A stretch of 64,000 nt of DNA, taken from assembly GCA_951406725.2 (NCBI GenBank), contig OX597814.1, positions 140,430,001-140,494,000 on the forward strand, in the 5' to 3' direction. Below the pieces are notes generated by a model, which did not search any database, had not been told where the DNA came from, and saw only the letters and a list, made by a program, of their open reading frames with translations. Positions 1 through 12,099 of this stretch are shown here, piece after piece; the first letter of the stretch is position 1; each line of letters begins with the position of its first letter. Source of the stretch: Octopus vulgaris. Lineage: Eukaryota. The position numbers and the translations under genes are program-made.

Positions 1-153
1 CCAAACAAGAGAAATGTGCTTTGACGATCGAGGGGAAGAGTGAAGAGGTGAGCAGAACACAGAGACTTGAGTAAGGTTTGAACACGCTATCATGTTCAGC
101 ATCTTAACCCTCACAGCCATCATACTATGCACGGTTCTTTCAACAGTAAAAAC

Positions 154-154
154 T

Positions 155-185
<31 letters not shown>

Positions 186-258
186 CAGCAGCAGCAGCAG
201 CAGCAGCGGTAGTGGTGGTGGTGGTGGTGGCAGTGGTAGTAGTAGTAGTAGTAGTAGT

Positions 259-295
<37 letters not shown>

Positions 296-512
296 GTAGT
301 GGTGGTGGTGGTGGTGGCAGTGGTAGTAGTAGTAGTAGTAGTAGTAGCAGCAGCAGCAGCAGCGGTAGTGGTGGTGGTGGTGGTGGCAGTGGTAGTAGTA
401 GTAGTAGTAGTAGCAGCAGCAGCAGCAGCAGCAGCAATGGCACTGGTAGTGGCGGTGGCGGCGGCGGCAGTGATAGAGGTGGTGGTAGTGGTGGTGGTGA
501 GGGTGGAGGAGG
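154..512. repeat. Compound trinucleotide microsatellite with higher-order unit (GTA)n(GCA)n-GCG-GTA-(GTG)n-GCA-GTG
   Basis: The unit is repeated about 3.5 times between 155 and 436, then decays. It explains the poly-V/A, poly-S/G and poly-L/P ORFs. Confidence 0.95.
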
Positions 513-1177
513 AGCTTCTGTGTAGCAGCAACTTCTATACAGGAGCAACAGACCAGACAAGGTTGAAATTGACTTTCTGACCAATCAAATATATGATATT
601 ATAAACCAATGAAGGGGGTCTCTATCAATAGTCACTTTACATGCTAGAAACTGCAGTGAAATTACACTTAAATCATATCTTACTGTTTTAAAAAAAAGAT
701 GGGACCAAAACACCTACAGAGCTGTTGCATCACCTGATGAGACACTGTTTCCTACATTCAGAAACAGAGTAAGGCAACACCTTCAGCATACATGTTACCC
801 TAAATGTAGTATTAAATACTTGGTGCTTGGAGAGAGACAAGGTGGGATGGCCATAGGTGGAATAGTTTTGATTGAGGTTTGCTCAATTAATGCCAACCAA
901 GTGATAAACAACAACAAATAACAGCAATTATGAGCCAACAAGCGAATCTCTACATGGTAGCTCAAACTACAAGAATAAAAACAAAAAGTGGAAGTCCCCT
1001 CAAGTTGCAACCATCATGAAAAGCAAAAAGTCCTAGGATACATTGTCTGAAGATTAGTTGTGATAGTTGTGGCTGGAATGCTATTCCCTTCCAGTCATTT
1101 CAAAATGTAGCCACATGTAAATCGTTGGGAATTTTTTCCTCCATCTTCCCTTTCCCTTGGACTTTCTTCTGTTTCCT

Positions 1178-1212
1178 GTTTCTGAAGAAGAGCTTTGCTC
1201 AAAACGTAAAAC
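1178..1212 (+). ncRNA. Minimal hammerhead ribozyme-like motif (Penelope type), probably inactivated
   Basis: GTTT-CTGAAGA-A-GAGC-ttt-GCTC-AAAA-C-GTA-AAAC: stem I GTTT/AAAC, CUGANGA core, stem II GAGC/GCTC, palindromic ACGT stem III, GUA cleavage triplet. GAAA has mutated to AAAA. A pyrimidine-rich tail runs into (TA)n at ~1320. Confidence 0.65.
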
Positions 1213-1334
1213 TACCTTTCTTTCCTTCCCTGAGCATCTGCTAATACTTTGAATATACTATGTCCTTGCATTGCTGTTTTTTTTCTTGTGTTAGTTCTTT
1301 GTTTTTTTTTTTGATCTATTATATATATATATCC

Positions 1335-1541
1335 AATACTGCCTGACTGGCACGTAAAATCACCCAGTGCACTCTCGGAGTGGTTGGCATTAGGAAGAGC
1401 ATCCAGCTGTAAAAACTCTGTCAGATCAGATTGGAGTCTGGTGCAGCCATCTGGTTTGCCAGACCTCAGTCAAATCGTCCAACCCATGCTAGCATGGAAA
1501 GTGGACGTTAAACGATGATGATGATGATGATGATGATGATG
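1335..1541 (+). mobile_element. SINE/RTE-tail repeat ending in (GAT)n
   Basis: ...ggaagagcatccagctgt...gtccaacccatgctagcatggaaagtggacgttaaac(gat)n. Other copies at ~3330-3560(-), 4130-4290(+), 9086-9395(-), 9583-9765(-), 27340-27570(-), 32620-32790(+), 33000-33345(-), 38035-38300(-), 38690-38990(+), 42400-42760(-), 61190-61400(+). Confidence 0.85.
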
Positions 1542-2412
1542 ATATATTTATATATAGTGTAATAGGATAATAGGATGTCTTTGTGGTTAAATGGAAGGGG
1601 TTAGTAAAGACAGCAATGCAAGGACAAGGGTTAACAAATAAGGTATTAGCTTAACAGTGTTTTAAATGCTTTGAGCATTAGTCCTTCCTCAGAAGAAAGA
1701 GAAAAGCATAGAGGAATAGTCAGAGAGAGAGAGAGAGAGAAAAATCAAATACTAAGTGATAAAAAAGAGGAAGGGCAAAAGAGAAGGTGGTGAAAAAAGA
1801 AAACGGTAAGATCATGGGAAGTTATGCACAATGCAAAGAGTAGTAAAAATATATATCCAAAATAATCTAGAGAGTAATTTAAGTTGAAAGTTTGAGTTTT
1901 GAGGTTTTCCAGTCTTCCAACTGAATAGAATATGCACAACTGAAGAGGCCTAATAAGACTGAAACTTACCTGTTGTTTTAACCAGTTGGATTTAAAGATC
2001 AGATCCACTCCAATCTGTACTTTTAGACAATAACAATATTCTAGCAATATGATTTATCACACTGGCATGATGCCACATATTTGCATAGTAGGTTGAAATG
2101 CCTTCACTACATAAACAACTACTTATTTTATCAATCCTGATGAGAGTGAGAGAGAGAGAGAGAGCCCTTAAGTAGTCACTAAACCTGCTAGAACTAGCAG
2201 CCAAATTTCCTTCAGCTCACATCTTACTGTCTTGTAAAAGAAAGGACAGACTGGACAATGAAGTAATTAATAAAAAATGATGATGATCAAAACTAGGATA
2301 CTTCTGATCATAAATCTGCTAAACTGGAGCCGATAGGAGGATAAACATTAACCATCTTTAATGGGTGACAGGAAAAGTCAACCGCAGTGGGATTTGATCT
2401 TAGAACCTAAAG

Positions 2413-2500
2413 GTGGTAGTAGTAGTAGTGGTAGTGGTAGTGGTGGTGGTGGTGGTGGTGGTGGTGGTGGTGGTGGTGGTTTTAGTAGTAATAGTAGTAG
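2413..2500. repeat. (GTA/GTG)n microsatellite
   Basis: Direct reading. Confidence 0.95.
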
Positions 2501-2865
2501 TCATTGTTGTATGGGGACGTGCTGTCCCCATACTCCTACTCCTAGCAGGTGACACCTTTGCCCCACTCAGGCGACAACCTTTCATCCCATGTGTCTGTTT
2601 GGGGGATACGCTGCTGGTGAAGGTTTTACGAGGTCAGAGTGTAAATCCTACCTCAACCACTTTTAGTTGCTTTTTACGACATGCAAAGGAAACATTGGAT
2701 CTATTCCTTCACATGCCAGTCCACACACAACACTAGACCAATGTGAAATGAAGTGTCTTGCTCGAGAACACAACACACCACTCAGCCCAGGAATTGAACC
2801 CATGATCTAGTGACAATGAGTGCAACACCTTAACTAATAGGGATATGACTAAATTATCTGGTTAT

Positions 2866-3084
2866 TTTACCCTTTAGCATTTAATCTAACCATATCTGGC
2901 CCAAGTATTGAACCTGTTTTATGTTAAAACTGACTAGATCCAGCCTCTCACACCTACCCTACAATGTCATTCTAAAAATATACAAACATACCATTGAAAT
3001 CTCGAGGCCACAAAATAATGTGTGATTAATTCAAAACAACGTAAATAAATAAGCATTACATTTGACAAAGAAATCTAAATGCCA
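2866..3084. mobile_element. ~220 bp piggyBac-like MITE (TTAA-CCCTTTAGCATT...AATGCTAAAGGGTTAA family)
   Basis: Same element at 26240-26467 (ttaaccgtttagcatt...aatgccaaaggattaa), 41291-41508 (ends aaagggttaa) and 24911-25626 (interrupted). Short inverted termini flanked by TTAA are the piggyBac signature. Confidence 0.7.
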
Positions 3085-3564
3085 CACTTCAACATTGCAA
3101 CTATCATTCACTGGTCAAGCTTGCTTGGATTAGAAGGACCCTAAATGCACAAATGGAAATAACTATAGACTTATATAGTAGTTTTTAACCTCAGTGGTTA
3201 TGGAGAGGTCCTGAGCTCATAAGAGGTGGTGGGGGAGCACTATGGGAGGAATGCTAAGTGTTTAGAGGTGGGTTGTGATTTTCCTTAAAAATTAAATATT
3301 TAAACCAGCTATGATATTTGCATCTTATACTTCATCATCATCATCATCACTTAATGTCCACTTTTCTATGCTTGCATGGTTCGGACAGAATTTGCTGAGG
3401 CAGATTTTGTACAGCTGGATGCCCTTCCTGTCACCAACCCACACCTGTTTCAAAGCAAGGTAATATTTCTCCAAGGCTAGACACATTTTTTTCATGGAAG
3501 ACTGGAAATGAACAACCTCATATGTATGATAATGATGCTCATTTACAACTATCATGTGATGTCT

Positions 3565-3757
3565 CAACATACACACACACATGCACATGTGCACATGCAT
3601 ACACACATGCATGCACATGCACATGCACATACATGCATGAATACATACATATATACATACTTACATACATATATATATACATGCATACATACATACATGC
3701 ATACATATATACATACATGCATACATACATATATACATACATACATACATACATACA
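3565..3757. repeat. (CA)n/(CATA)n microsatellite
   Basis: Direct reading; source of the H/T/Y/M-rich ORFs. Confidence 0.95.
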
Positions 3758-4297
3758 TTTGTTTCCATCTATCAAATCCTTGCACAGGGCTTTGGTTGGC
3801 CTGGAACAGTATTAGAAGACACTTACCCAAGGCACTGTGCCCTGGAAATTTCTCAACCACACAACCATACCTTTCAAAAAATTGTTTTAACCAGTTTTAG
3901 GATATAAGTTGGACAGTTATTGTGTTATCAATATCAGTGTTATCAGTGAGTGGAAACATAGCAGAAAAGGGGCCAATGTTCAATATAAGTCCTAGCCTTT
4001 CCTTAGTGACTGCCATAATAATTTAGCAATGGGGTCAGTAATCTGTGCAAATATCTAAAAGGAAGAACTTAGCACATGTTAAAATATGGCATGGAATCAC
4101 TGCAATAAATAATCTTTGTTATATTAGCCCTGCAGGGTGGTTGGTGTTAGGAAGGACATCCAGCTGGAAAAAAAAAACATGCTAAAACAGTGAGTGAAAC
4201 CTGGTGCAGTCTTCTACCTAGCTAGCTCCTGTCAAACTGTCCAACCCATGGCAGTATGGAAAGCAGACATTAAATAATAATAATAATAACGACGACG

Positions 4298-5253
4298 ACC
4301 CTTTTGATACCAACCCACCTGAGACTGCCCTTGGTTCTGTGTTAAAAATTTCCTGTTTTAAAGTAACTGACACTATGTTAGTTACAATGACAAGGGTTCC
4401 AGTTGATCCGATTACCAGAACAGCCTGTTCATGAAGTTAATGTGCAAGTGGCTGAGCACTCCACAGACACACGTACTCTTAACATAGTTTTCAAGGAGAT
4501 TCAGCATGACAGAGTGTGACAAGGCTGGCCCATTGAAATACAAGTAGTATGATATTTATTTTTGCCAGCTGAGTGGACTGGAGCAATGTGAAATAGAGCA
4601 TTTCATTCAAGTCCACAACACAACAACAGGAATTAAACTCATTTTCTCACAACTGTGAACTAAATACCCCAAACCACTAAGGTTTTAAAGTAAGCTAAAT
4701 TAAAATCTTTCATAAAATTTTCATGTTGATGTATGTTCCAAACACCAGTTTAATAATCCTTTCTACTATAGGCACAAGGCCTGAAATTTGTGGGGAGGAG
4801 TCAGCCGATTATATCGACCCCAGTATGCAACCGGTACTTAATTTATCGACCCTGAAAAGATGGAAGGCAAAGTTGACCCCAGTGGCATTTGAACTCAGAA
4901 TGTGAAGACAGACTAAATACCTATTTCTTTACTACCCACACAGAGAGGACAAACAAGGACAGATAAACGGACCAAGTCGGTCATATCGACTCCAGTGCGC
5001 AACTTGTACCTATTTAATCGACCTCAAAAGGATGAAAGGCAAAGTCGACCTCAGCAGAATTTGAACTCAGAGCGTAGAGGCAGACGAAATACCACTAAGC
5101 ATTTCGCCCGACATGCTAACGATTCAGCCAGCTCACCGCCTTAAACACCAGTTTTACAATAGCAAATTTGTTTTACTAAATTTTCATCACTTTCAAAATG
5201 AATTGAAACAAACACAATGTATTTCAATAGAAACATGATAACAAAAGTGTTAA
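4298..5253. mobile_element. piggyBac-like MITE split by two SINE insertions
   Basis: Begins cccttttgataccaacc and ends taacaaaagtgttaa. Uninterrupted reverse copies at ~46470-46689 and ~59990-60193. The inserts are bounded by duplications gttttaaagtaa (~4355/4682) and aaacaccagttt (4740/5143). Confidence 0.7.
4755..5142 (-). mobile_element. tRNA-derived SINE with Nin/Deu-like central domain (internally duplicated)
   Basis: Minus strand: ggcggtgagctggc...gttctgagttcaaat...gactttgcctttcatcctt..gggtcgataaattaagtacc, which resembles the Nin/DeuSINE core. The module is present twice. Other copies ~5585-5912, 29005-29420, 39880-40096, 49770-50230, 56792-56968, 62690-63025. Confidence 0.8.
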
Positions 5254-6047
5254 AAATATTCTGCTGTATTTTATTTTTTAAATATATGTAGAGGGTGTTG
5301 TAAACCGCCATTTTGTTTAAAGGGTCATTGAACTACAAAAGGTTGAGAAGCAATGTTCTCTAATATATCACAATATATCACACAGTAAAGTTCAAGAGAT
5401 AGAAGTCACATATCCTGTCTAAATATCCGTTAAACAATCACAAACTAGCAACACTTCTCTTTTTGTTTCAGATTCTTAAAATTTCAAGATATATCTGAAA
5501 TAATAATTTTTTTTATCAACAAAAATTGGTGTGAAGCATATGGGTTGAAGAGAGGGTCTTTTGTAGGGAAGAACTCAAATTAAAATGCTGATTTCAAATT
5601 TTGGCACAAGGCCAGCAATTTTGGGGGTAAAGGAATAAGTTGATTACATCGACCCCCTAGGGTTCAACTCATACTTATTTTATAACTCAAATTAAAATAT
5701 TGATTTCAAATTTTTGCAAAAGGTCAGCAATATCGGAAGTGGGGGTAAGCCAATTACATCAACCCCAGTGTTCAACTGGCACTTAATCTATCGACCCCAA
5801 AAAGATGAAAGGCAAAGTCAACCTTGGTGGAATTTGAACTTCAAATGTAAAGATGGACAAAACACTGCCAAGCATTTTGTTTGGTATGCATTTTGCCAGC
5901 TTGCCACCTTAACTATTAAAAATTTAAATTAAAATGCAGTAAAAAGTTATAATAACAAGCAAAATTCAAGTCTGAATTAATAAATATCAGATATTTTGAA
6001 TCTAAATTGAATCTTATATTGCCATTTAAATTTTTGTAAGCATCATA

Positions 6048-6206
6048 GGTGCAGAGTGGCTGTGTGGTAAGAAGTTTGCTTCCCAACCACATTGTTCTGG
6101 TTTCAGTCCCACTGCGTGGCACCTTGGGCAAGTGTCTTCTACTATAGCCTCAGGCCGCCCAAAGCCTTGTGAGTGGATTTATTAGACGGAAACTGAAAGA
6201 AGCACG

Positions 6207-6242
<36 letters not shown>

Positions 6243-6461
6243 TTATGTCTTTGTGTCTGTGTTTTCCCCCCTTCACCGCTTGACCACTCGGTGTGTTTAC
6301 ATCCCTGTAACTTAGCAGTTTGGCAAAAGAGATCGATAGAATAAGTACTAGGCTCAAAGAATAAATCCTAGGGTCGATTTGTTTGACTATAAAAACCTTT
6401 CAAGGTGGTGCTCCAGCATGGCCGCAGTCAAATGACTGAAAGAAGTAGAATAATAAAAGAA
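6048..6461 (+). mobile_element. Major octopus SINE (tRNA-like head, internal (TA)/(TG)n, GTAAAAGA-type tail)
   Basis: gtggctgtgtggtaag...ggttcagtcccactgcgtggcaccttgggcaagtgtc...microsatellite...gatagaataagtactaggc...ggtgctccagcatggccgcagtcaaatgactgaaa. More than 15 full or partial copies in the window. Confidence 0.9.
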
Positions 6462-7040
6462 TTACCACTAATAACTGTCTTCATTTGTTTCAGTTTAAGA
6501 AAAACATTTTTAAATGTTTTAAAAATTCAAATCTTAAAATTAAAAAGATATGGCTGTGTGCTTCAGGTTCAGTCCCACTGCATAGCACCTTAGGCAAGTG
6601 TCTTCAATTATAGCCCTAGGTTGACCAATGCATGGTGAGTGAATTTGGTAAATGGAAACTGTGTTGAAGACCAGTCTATCTCTCTTTGCGCTTGTGTTTG
6701 TGTGTGTTCATCATTCCCTCTGCTTGACAATTAGTGTTGTTTTGATTATGTCCCCATAACTTAGCGGTTTGGCAAAAGGGACCAATAGAATAAGTACCAA
6801 ACTTTAAATGCACTTAAGTACTGGGGTCAATATCTTTGACTAAAATCCTTCAAGACAGTGCTCCACAATGGCCACAGTCCAATGACCAAAAGATAAAAGG
6901 TGGATGCATAGTTCTGAGCTGGTATCATGCAATTAAGGGAAGTCAGTCTCAAGTGGCTTAGTATCAAAAGGGCCATTTTTGGCCTCCTAGCCAAAAATGG
7001 TTGAAGTGCTACGTCTAAAACCTAAACAAATGGCATTCTG

Positions 7041-7750
7041 TCAGTTATAACGATGAGGGTACCAGCTGATCTGATCAACGGAACAGCCTGCTAGTGAAAT
7101 TAATGTTCAAGTAGCTGAGAACTCTACAAACATGTGTACCCTTAATGTAGTTCTCAGAGAGATTCAATGTGACACAGAATGTGACAAGGCTGGTCCTTTG
7201 AAGTACAGGTACAATTCATTTTTGTGGAGGCGCAATGGCCCAGTGGTTAGGGCAGCGGACTCGCGGTCATAGGATCGCGGTTTCGATTCCCAGACCGGGC
7301 GTTGTGAGTGTTTATTGAGCAAAAACACCTAAAAGCTCCACAAGGCTCCGGCAGGGGATGGTGGTGATCCCTGCTGTACTCTTTCACCACAACTTTCTCT
7401 CGCTCTTTCTTCCTGTTTCTGTTGTACCTGTATTTCAAAGGGCCGGCCTTGTCACTCTCTGTGTCACGCTGAATATCCCCGAGAACTACGTTAAGGGTAC
7501 ACATGTCTGTGGAGTGCTCAGCCACTTACACGTTAATTTCATGAGCAGGCTGTTCCGTTGATAGGATCAACCGGAACCCTCGTCGTCGTAACCGACGGAG
7601 TGCTTCCACAATTCATTTATGCCAACTGAGTGGACTGGAACAATGTGAAATAAACTATCTTGCTCAAGGTACACAATATGCCACCAGGAATCAAACTCAC
7701 AACCTCACATTCATAAGCTGAATGACCTAACTACTAAGCCACATGCCTTC
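7041..7750 (-). mobile_element. Older tRNA-SINE (head B, tail X) hosting a younger SINE
   Basis: Same family as ~4370-4680. Split at the duplicated acaattcattt (7211 and 7608). Confidence 0.75.
7223..7607 (+). mobile_element. Young tRNA-derived SINE (octopus OK/OR-like)
   Basis: Pol III A box TGGCCCAGTGG and B box GGTTTCGATTCC, CpGs retained, 11-bp target-site duplication acaattcattt. Confidence 0.88.
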
Positions 7751-7932
7751 ATATATAAAATAAAATATATATAAGGCGCAGAAGTGGCTGTGTGGTAAGA
7801 AACTTGCTTCCCAACCACATGGTTCTGGATTCAGTCCTACTGTGTGGCACCTTGGGCAAGTGCCTTCTACTGTAGCCTCAGGCCAACCAAAGCATTGCGA
7901 GGGGATTTGGTAGATAGAAACTGAAAAGAAGC

Positions 7933-7970
<38 letters not shown>

Positions 7971-8082
7971 AATTTTTTGCATTATGAGATAAAAAAAACA
8001 ACATTTATAGATATCTATAAATGTTCTGATATCTACACAGACTTGGTATTTTATCTCATTACGCAAAAAATTCTTATATACA

Positions 8083-8222
8083 CATGCTGACATATGACCA
8101 ACGTTGAACCCCTTATTCGCAAAATCACCAAGCCTGGAACTTAACTATGGTCTGTCTATAGCACTTATTCAGCGTTACCTGACACCTTTGGGTCTCAATG
8201 ACACCATTACCCCTTATAACCT
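8083..8222. repeat. ~140 bp dispersed repeat, second copy at 15070-15210
   Basis: Shared cttaactatggtct...tagcactta.tcagc.ttacctgacacctttgggtc...gaca.cattacc; both copies end in (TA)n. Confidence 0.8.
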
Positions 8223-9831
8223 ATATATATATATATCCCTCTCTCTCTCTTTCGGAGAGGCACAAGCACCTACACGTACATATACACACACGGCAGTAAC
8301 TTCTGCCTGCCGAATTCCATCACAAAGCTTCGGTCGGCTCGGGGCTATAGCGGAAGACACCTACCCAAAGTGCCACGCAGTGGGACTGAACCCGAAACCA
8401 TGTAGCTATATATATATATATATGTCATATGTGTGTGTGTGTGTATGTGTGTATCCACCATTGCTTGACAACTGATGTCGGTGTGTTTACGTCCCTGTAA
8501 CTTGGCAGTTCAGCAAAAGAGACTGATAGAATAAGTACCAGGCTTACAGAGAATAAGTCCTGGGGTCGGTTTGTTCGACTAAAAAACGCTGCTCCAGCAT
8601 GGCCACAGTCAAATGACTGAAACAAGTAAAAAAGGATAAAAGAATACAATTAGCTAACAATAAATAACCACAATTCTGCTAACTTGGTATTTGTAATGGT
8701 TAATGACAAACCTTCACTGGAATTGGTTATATACAGCCGGAGGTAACAGCTTGAGAATTACTAAGAGCCACCAACATATATATATATTTTTTTTTAATTG
8801 CCAAAGGTAAATAAAGAGAGGGAATCAATATAACCAATGAGTTTTAGTTAATAAAACATATGTACATGACATCTCCTAGTAGCAGACAGTCTTATTCAGC
8901 TGCTGCTAAATGTCTGGTTTCAGTAACATTAAGGCATAGCCATAGGCTTAAAAAGTTCACTTTGCAACCATATGATTCTGAGTTCAATTCTACTGCATGG
9001 TACTTTGGGCAAAAGTCTTCTATTGTAGACATATACACATGGAATTTGGTAGACTGGAAACTGTGAGGAAACCTGATATATATATATCATTATCATCATC
9101 ATCGTTTAACATCCACTTTCCATGCTAGCATGGGTTGGACAATTTGACTGAGGACTGGCAAACCAGATGGCTGCACCAGGCTCCAATCTTGATTTGGCAG
9201 AGCTTCTACAGCTGGATGCCCTTCCTAATGCCAACCACTCTGAGAGTGTAGTGGGTGCTTTTACATGCCACCGGCACAAGGGCCAGTCAGGCGGTACTGG
9301 CAACGGTCACGGAAAAATCGTGTTTTTTTTTTACGTGTCACCTGCACACCGGCACAAGCACCAGGAAAGCGACGCTGGTAACGATCATGCTTAATGGTGC
9401 AGATCCACACATACAGTGTGACACCTTGTGCAAGTGCCTTCTACCATAGCCCTGGGCTGACCCATCCAAGATGGAGACAAGTACCAACGTTCCATGTGGC
9501 AAGCTTGATAATTGTTGAGAGATATCTCCCAACATGAAATCAATGGTAGCCTTGTTAAGCCACAAATAAAGTATATATATATATCATCATCATCATCATT
9601 TAGCGTCTGTTTTCCATGCTGGCAGGGGTTATACAGTTTGAGTGGAACTGGTAAGCTGGAGAGCTGTACCAGGCTCCAGCTTGGTTTGGCTTGGTTTCTG
9701 CGGTTGGATGCCCTTCCTTATGCCAACTACTCCAAGAATTTTGTGGATGTCTTTTACAGGTCACTCTAATATATATATATACACACATACAGACATATAT
9801 ATATGTATGTATATGTATATATATATATATA

Positions 9832-11250
9832 CTAGCACTATGACCCAGCATTGCTGGGTCTAGCGCTAGTGCTTGTTGTTCATTGCTGGGTTGCAGTAAA
9901 AAAGATTTCTCACTAAATCAAGAGCTAAGTTTCTTATCACATTTCAGCCCAGGCCAGTTTTGTTGTTTATGAGCTAGTTGGAGCTTTTTATGAGACTAAT
10001 TAATATTCATTGAACTTCAGTTTTCACGTAATCATGGAAAATTAGCAAGAGTGTGCACATGCCATTAGTCGGACAAAAAAGGAGGCAGAAGAAAGCAAAA
10101 AACTCGAATTTGGCCTCAAAATAGCATGATTTTGAAAATACACATAAATCTCGTTTGTTGAGTTTTGGTTTCACACCCAACCCAGTTCTGCACAATCAGT
10201 GTCGCGATGGAACACATGGGTTGTGAGTTTGACTGGCAGAGGTGATCAAGTTGCACATGTCAGCCCTTTTGACACCCTCCTTCACCTAACCCCCTCATCC
10301 TATAAGTGAATAGCAATGGTGGGAAGAAAAGTGCTGATTCCGGCGAAAAGACAGAGCAATTAGATCACAAAAAAGAGCATTCCAAGTGATTTTATGAGTA
10401 TGACACATTGTAGCAAGTAACGTAGTAAGGTCAATAGTTATAAGTTCATGATGCACAGAAGCACATAAGACATCAAGGTTAACTAAGGTATAAATAATAG
10501 GTATGCCTTTTCACCAGACGGCTAATTGGGCTCCCAATCCACTGAAACGGAGGAGGTTAGGTTCGGAACACAACAAAGCCTTCAACTAAAACCTAGACTA
10601 ACCTTATGGAAGGGGGCTCGGGAGCTTCTAATAGGCAGCCTCTAATCCCGATCTATCACTAACCCATCCTAGGGGTGCTAAATGACATGGCTGTAGAAGA
10701 ATTTGGCTGTGGTGATGTGCATGGCAGGTTTGTTTCAGAGGAGGATGACTGCATTGGATTAAGGACCATTGAAGAATGTAGCTTTGGAGATCCTAACTCG
10801 TTAATTATTCCCTGCATTTCTCAAATCAAAAACCGTGCACGTTTGAAAGCCTAAACACATAACATGTCTTTGCAAAACACAAATATGCACTGAGCCATAC
10901 AGACTGTCTGCAAATGCACACGCGCATTCAACTGTCAAGGATAAAATTATCTCCGTCCAATCAAGAAACAGCTGGCAGTCTATTGGTGTATTTAGCCGTA
11001 CGCATGCACCACGTACAAATTTCTATGTTTTAGCGATTTTGAACAGATATGCCCATAACTTATGGGCATAAGATGTCGGTTTATCGATTTTTTTAATGGC
11101 TTTCTGGGGTGACAGGGGAAATGAAAAGATCTTCACGACCACCCTCAGACAGTTTTGAAAGCCCATAGAAAATGCAAGCCTTTTATGTGAAAAACTGTGG
11201 ATTTGTATAAAGGACAGACAGATACATAGACATTTTGCCATTTATATATA
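9832..11250 (-). mobile_element. Non-autonomous Helitron, family 1 (long copy)
   Basis: 3' end CTAG at 9832 with GC hairpin gacccagc-att-gctgggtc. 5' end (minus strand) tatatataaatggcaaaatgtct. Both ends match the short copy at 12896-13250. Inserted in (TA)n. Confidence 0.8.
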
Positions 11251-11252
11251 TA

Positions 11253-12097
11253 CTAGCAGAATTGCCCGGCGTTGCTCGGGGCTGAATTGCTTGAAAGTAC
11301 TGTTAATGATTGCACTGAATTATGATGATTATTCAGGCAAATATTGGTATAAGTTTACGGTGGGAGATAAGGACTTAACGATCAAACGTGTGCCATTGCA
11401 TTGTTTTGGGGGAACCAAATTTCTGATGAGCATTATAGGGGCACCAACTTTAAGTTTGAGAAAGTGTGGTGGTAGTCCAGGGTGCTCAAAGGAATTGAGT
11501 ACCTCTATTGGATAGTTGATGACGTCCTCTGGGTCAGGAGTTGTATCGATAGACTGATATACATAGACTTCCCCAGGAATGAGTTTTAGCATTTCATCAT
11601 TAATATGGTGAACAGTTTTATTCCTCAGGGCCAGTATAGCCTTTTTGCCAATCCAATCCATATTCTGATAATTAGCTTGTAGATCTGGGAACACTGCATC
11701 TCTGAGATCAGAAGACGTTTTAACAATGTTACAAATGGAATCGATGGCAATATTACCATTTTCATCCCCTGGTATTTTGCCTTCGCCAAGTGCAAGGAGG
11801 GTGTGAGGAAATGCTGCTGATGTGATATTACGTCGCATATGAGCACGCATATTGGTGTGAAGTTTGAGAGTTACTTTCCTTTATTAAAAAAAATATGCAT
11901 TAAAATGGAAAAAAATGATGGTAAATTATTTGTAAAATCATAGACTCATCGTAGATGCGCGCTAATACCCAGAAGGGCTCGATATGAATCACGACTATAA
12001 GATACCCGGTTTTGGTTAAACTGCATCGCAAAATGTGGGAGTAGTTAGGAATCTAAATCGGAGTAGACAGACACACAACCTTTCTTTTATATATAAA
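11253..12097 (-). mobile_element. Helitron, family 2, deletion derivative with helicase fragment
   Basis: 3' CTAG at 11253 preceded (minus strand) by hairpin cccgagc-aac-gccggg. The 5' part 11866-12095 matches 13760-13996. Confidence 0.9.
11329..11868 (-). pseudogene. Helitron RepHel PIF1-like helicase fragment
   Basis: LHTNMRAH...LLALGEGK...AILALRNKTV..IN...Y.SID...YPIEVLNSFEHPGLPPHFLKLKVGAPIMLIRNL..CNGTRLIV are typical Helitron PIF1 helicase C-terminal motifs. Truncated on both sides. Confidence 0.93.
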
Positions 12098-12099
12098 TA

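Noticed and set aside
92-584. Three overlapping 130-160 aa ORFs
   Set aside because: Pure trinucleotide-repeat translation, open on both strands, with no unique coding sequence.
7226-7300. tRNA gene
   Set aside because: A and B boxes are present, but there is no acceptor stem or terminator, and it continues into a SINE body with a TSD.
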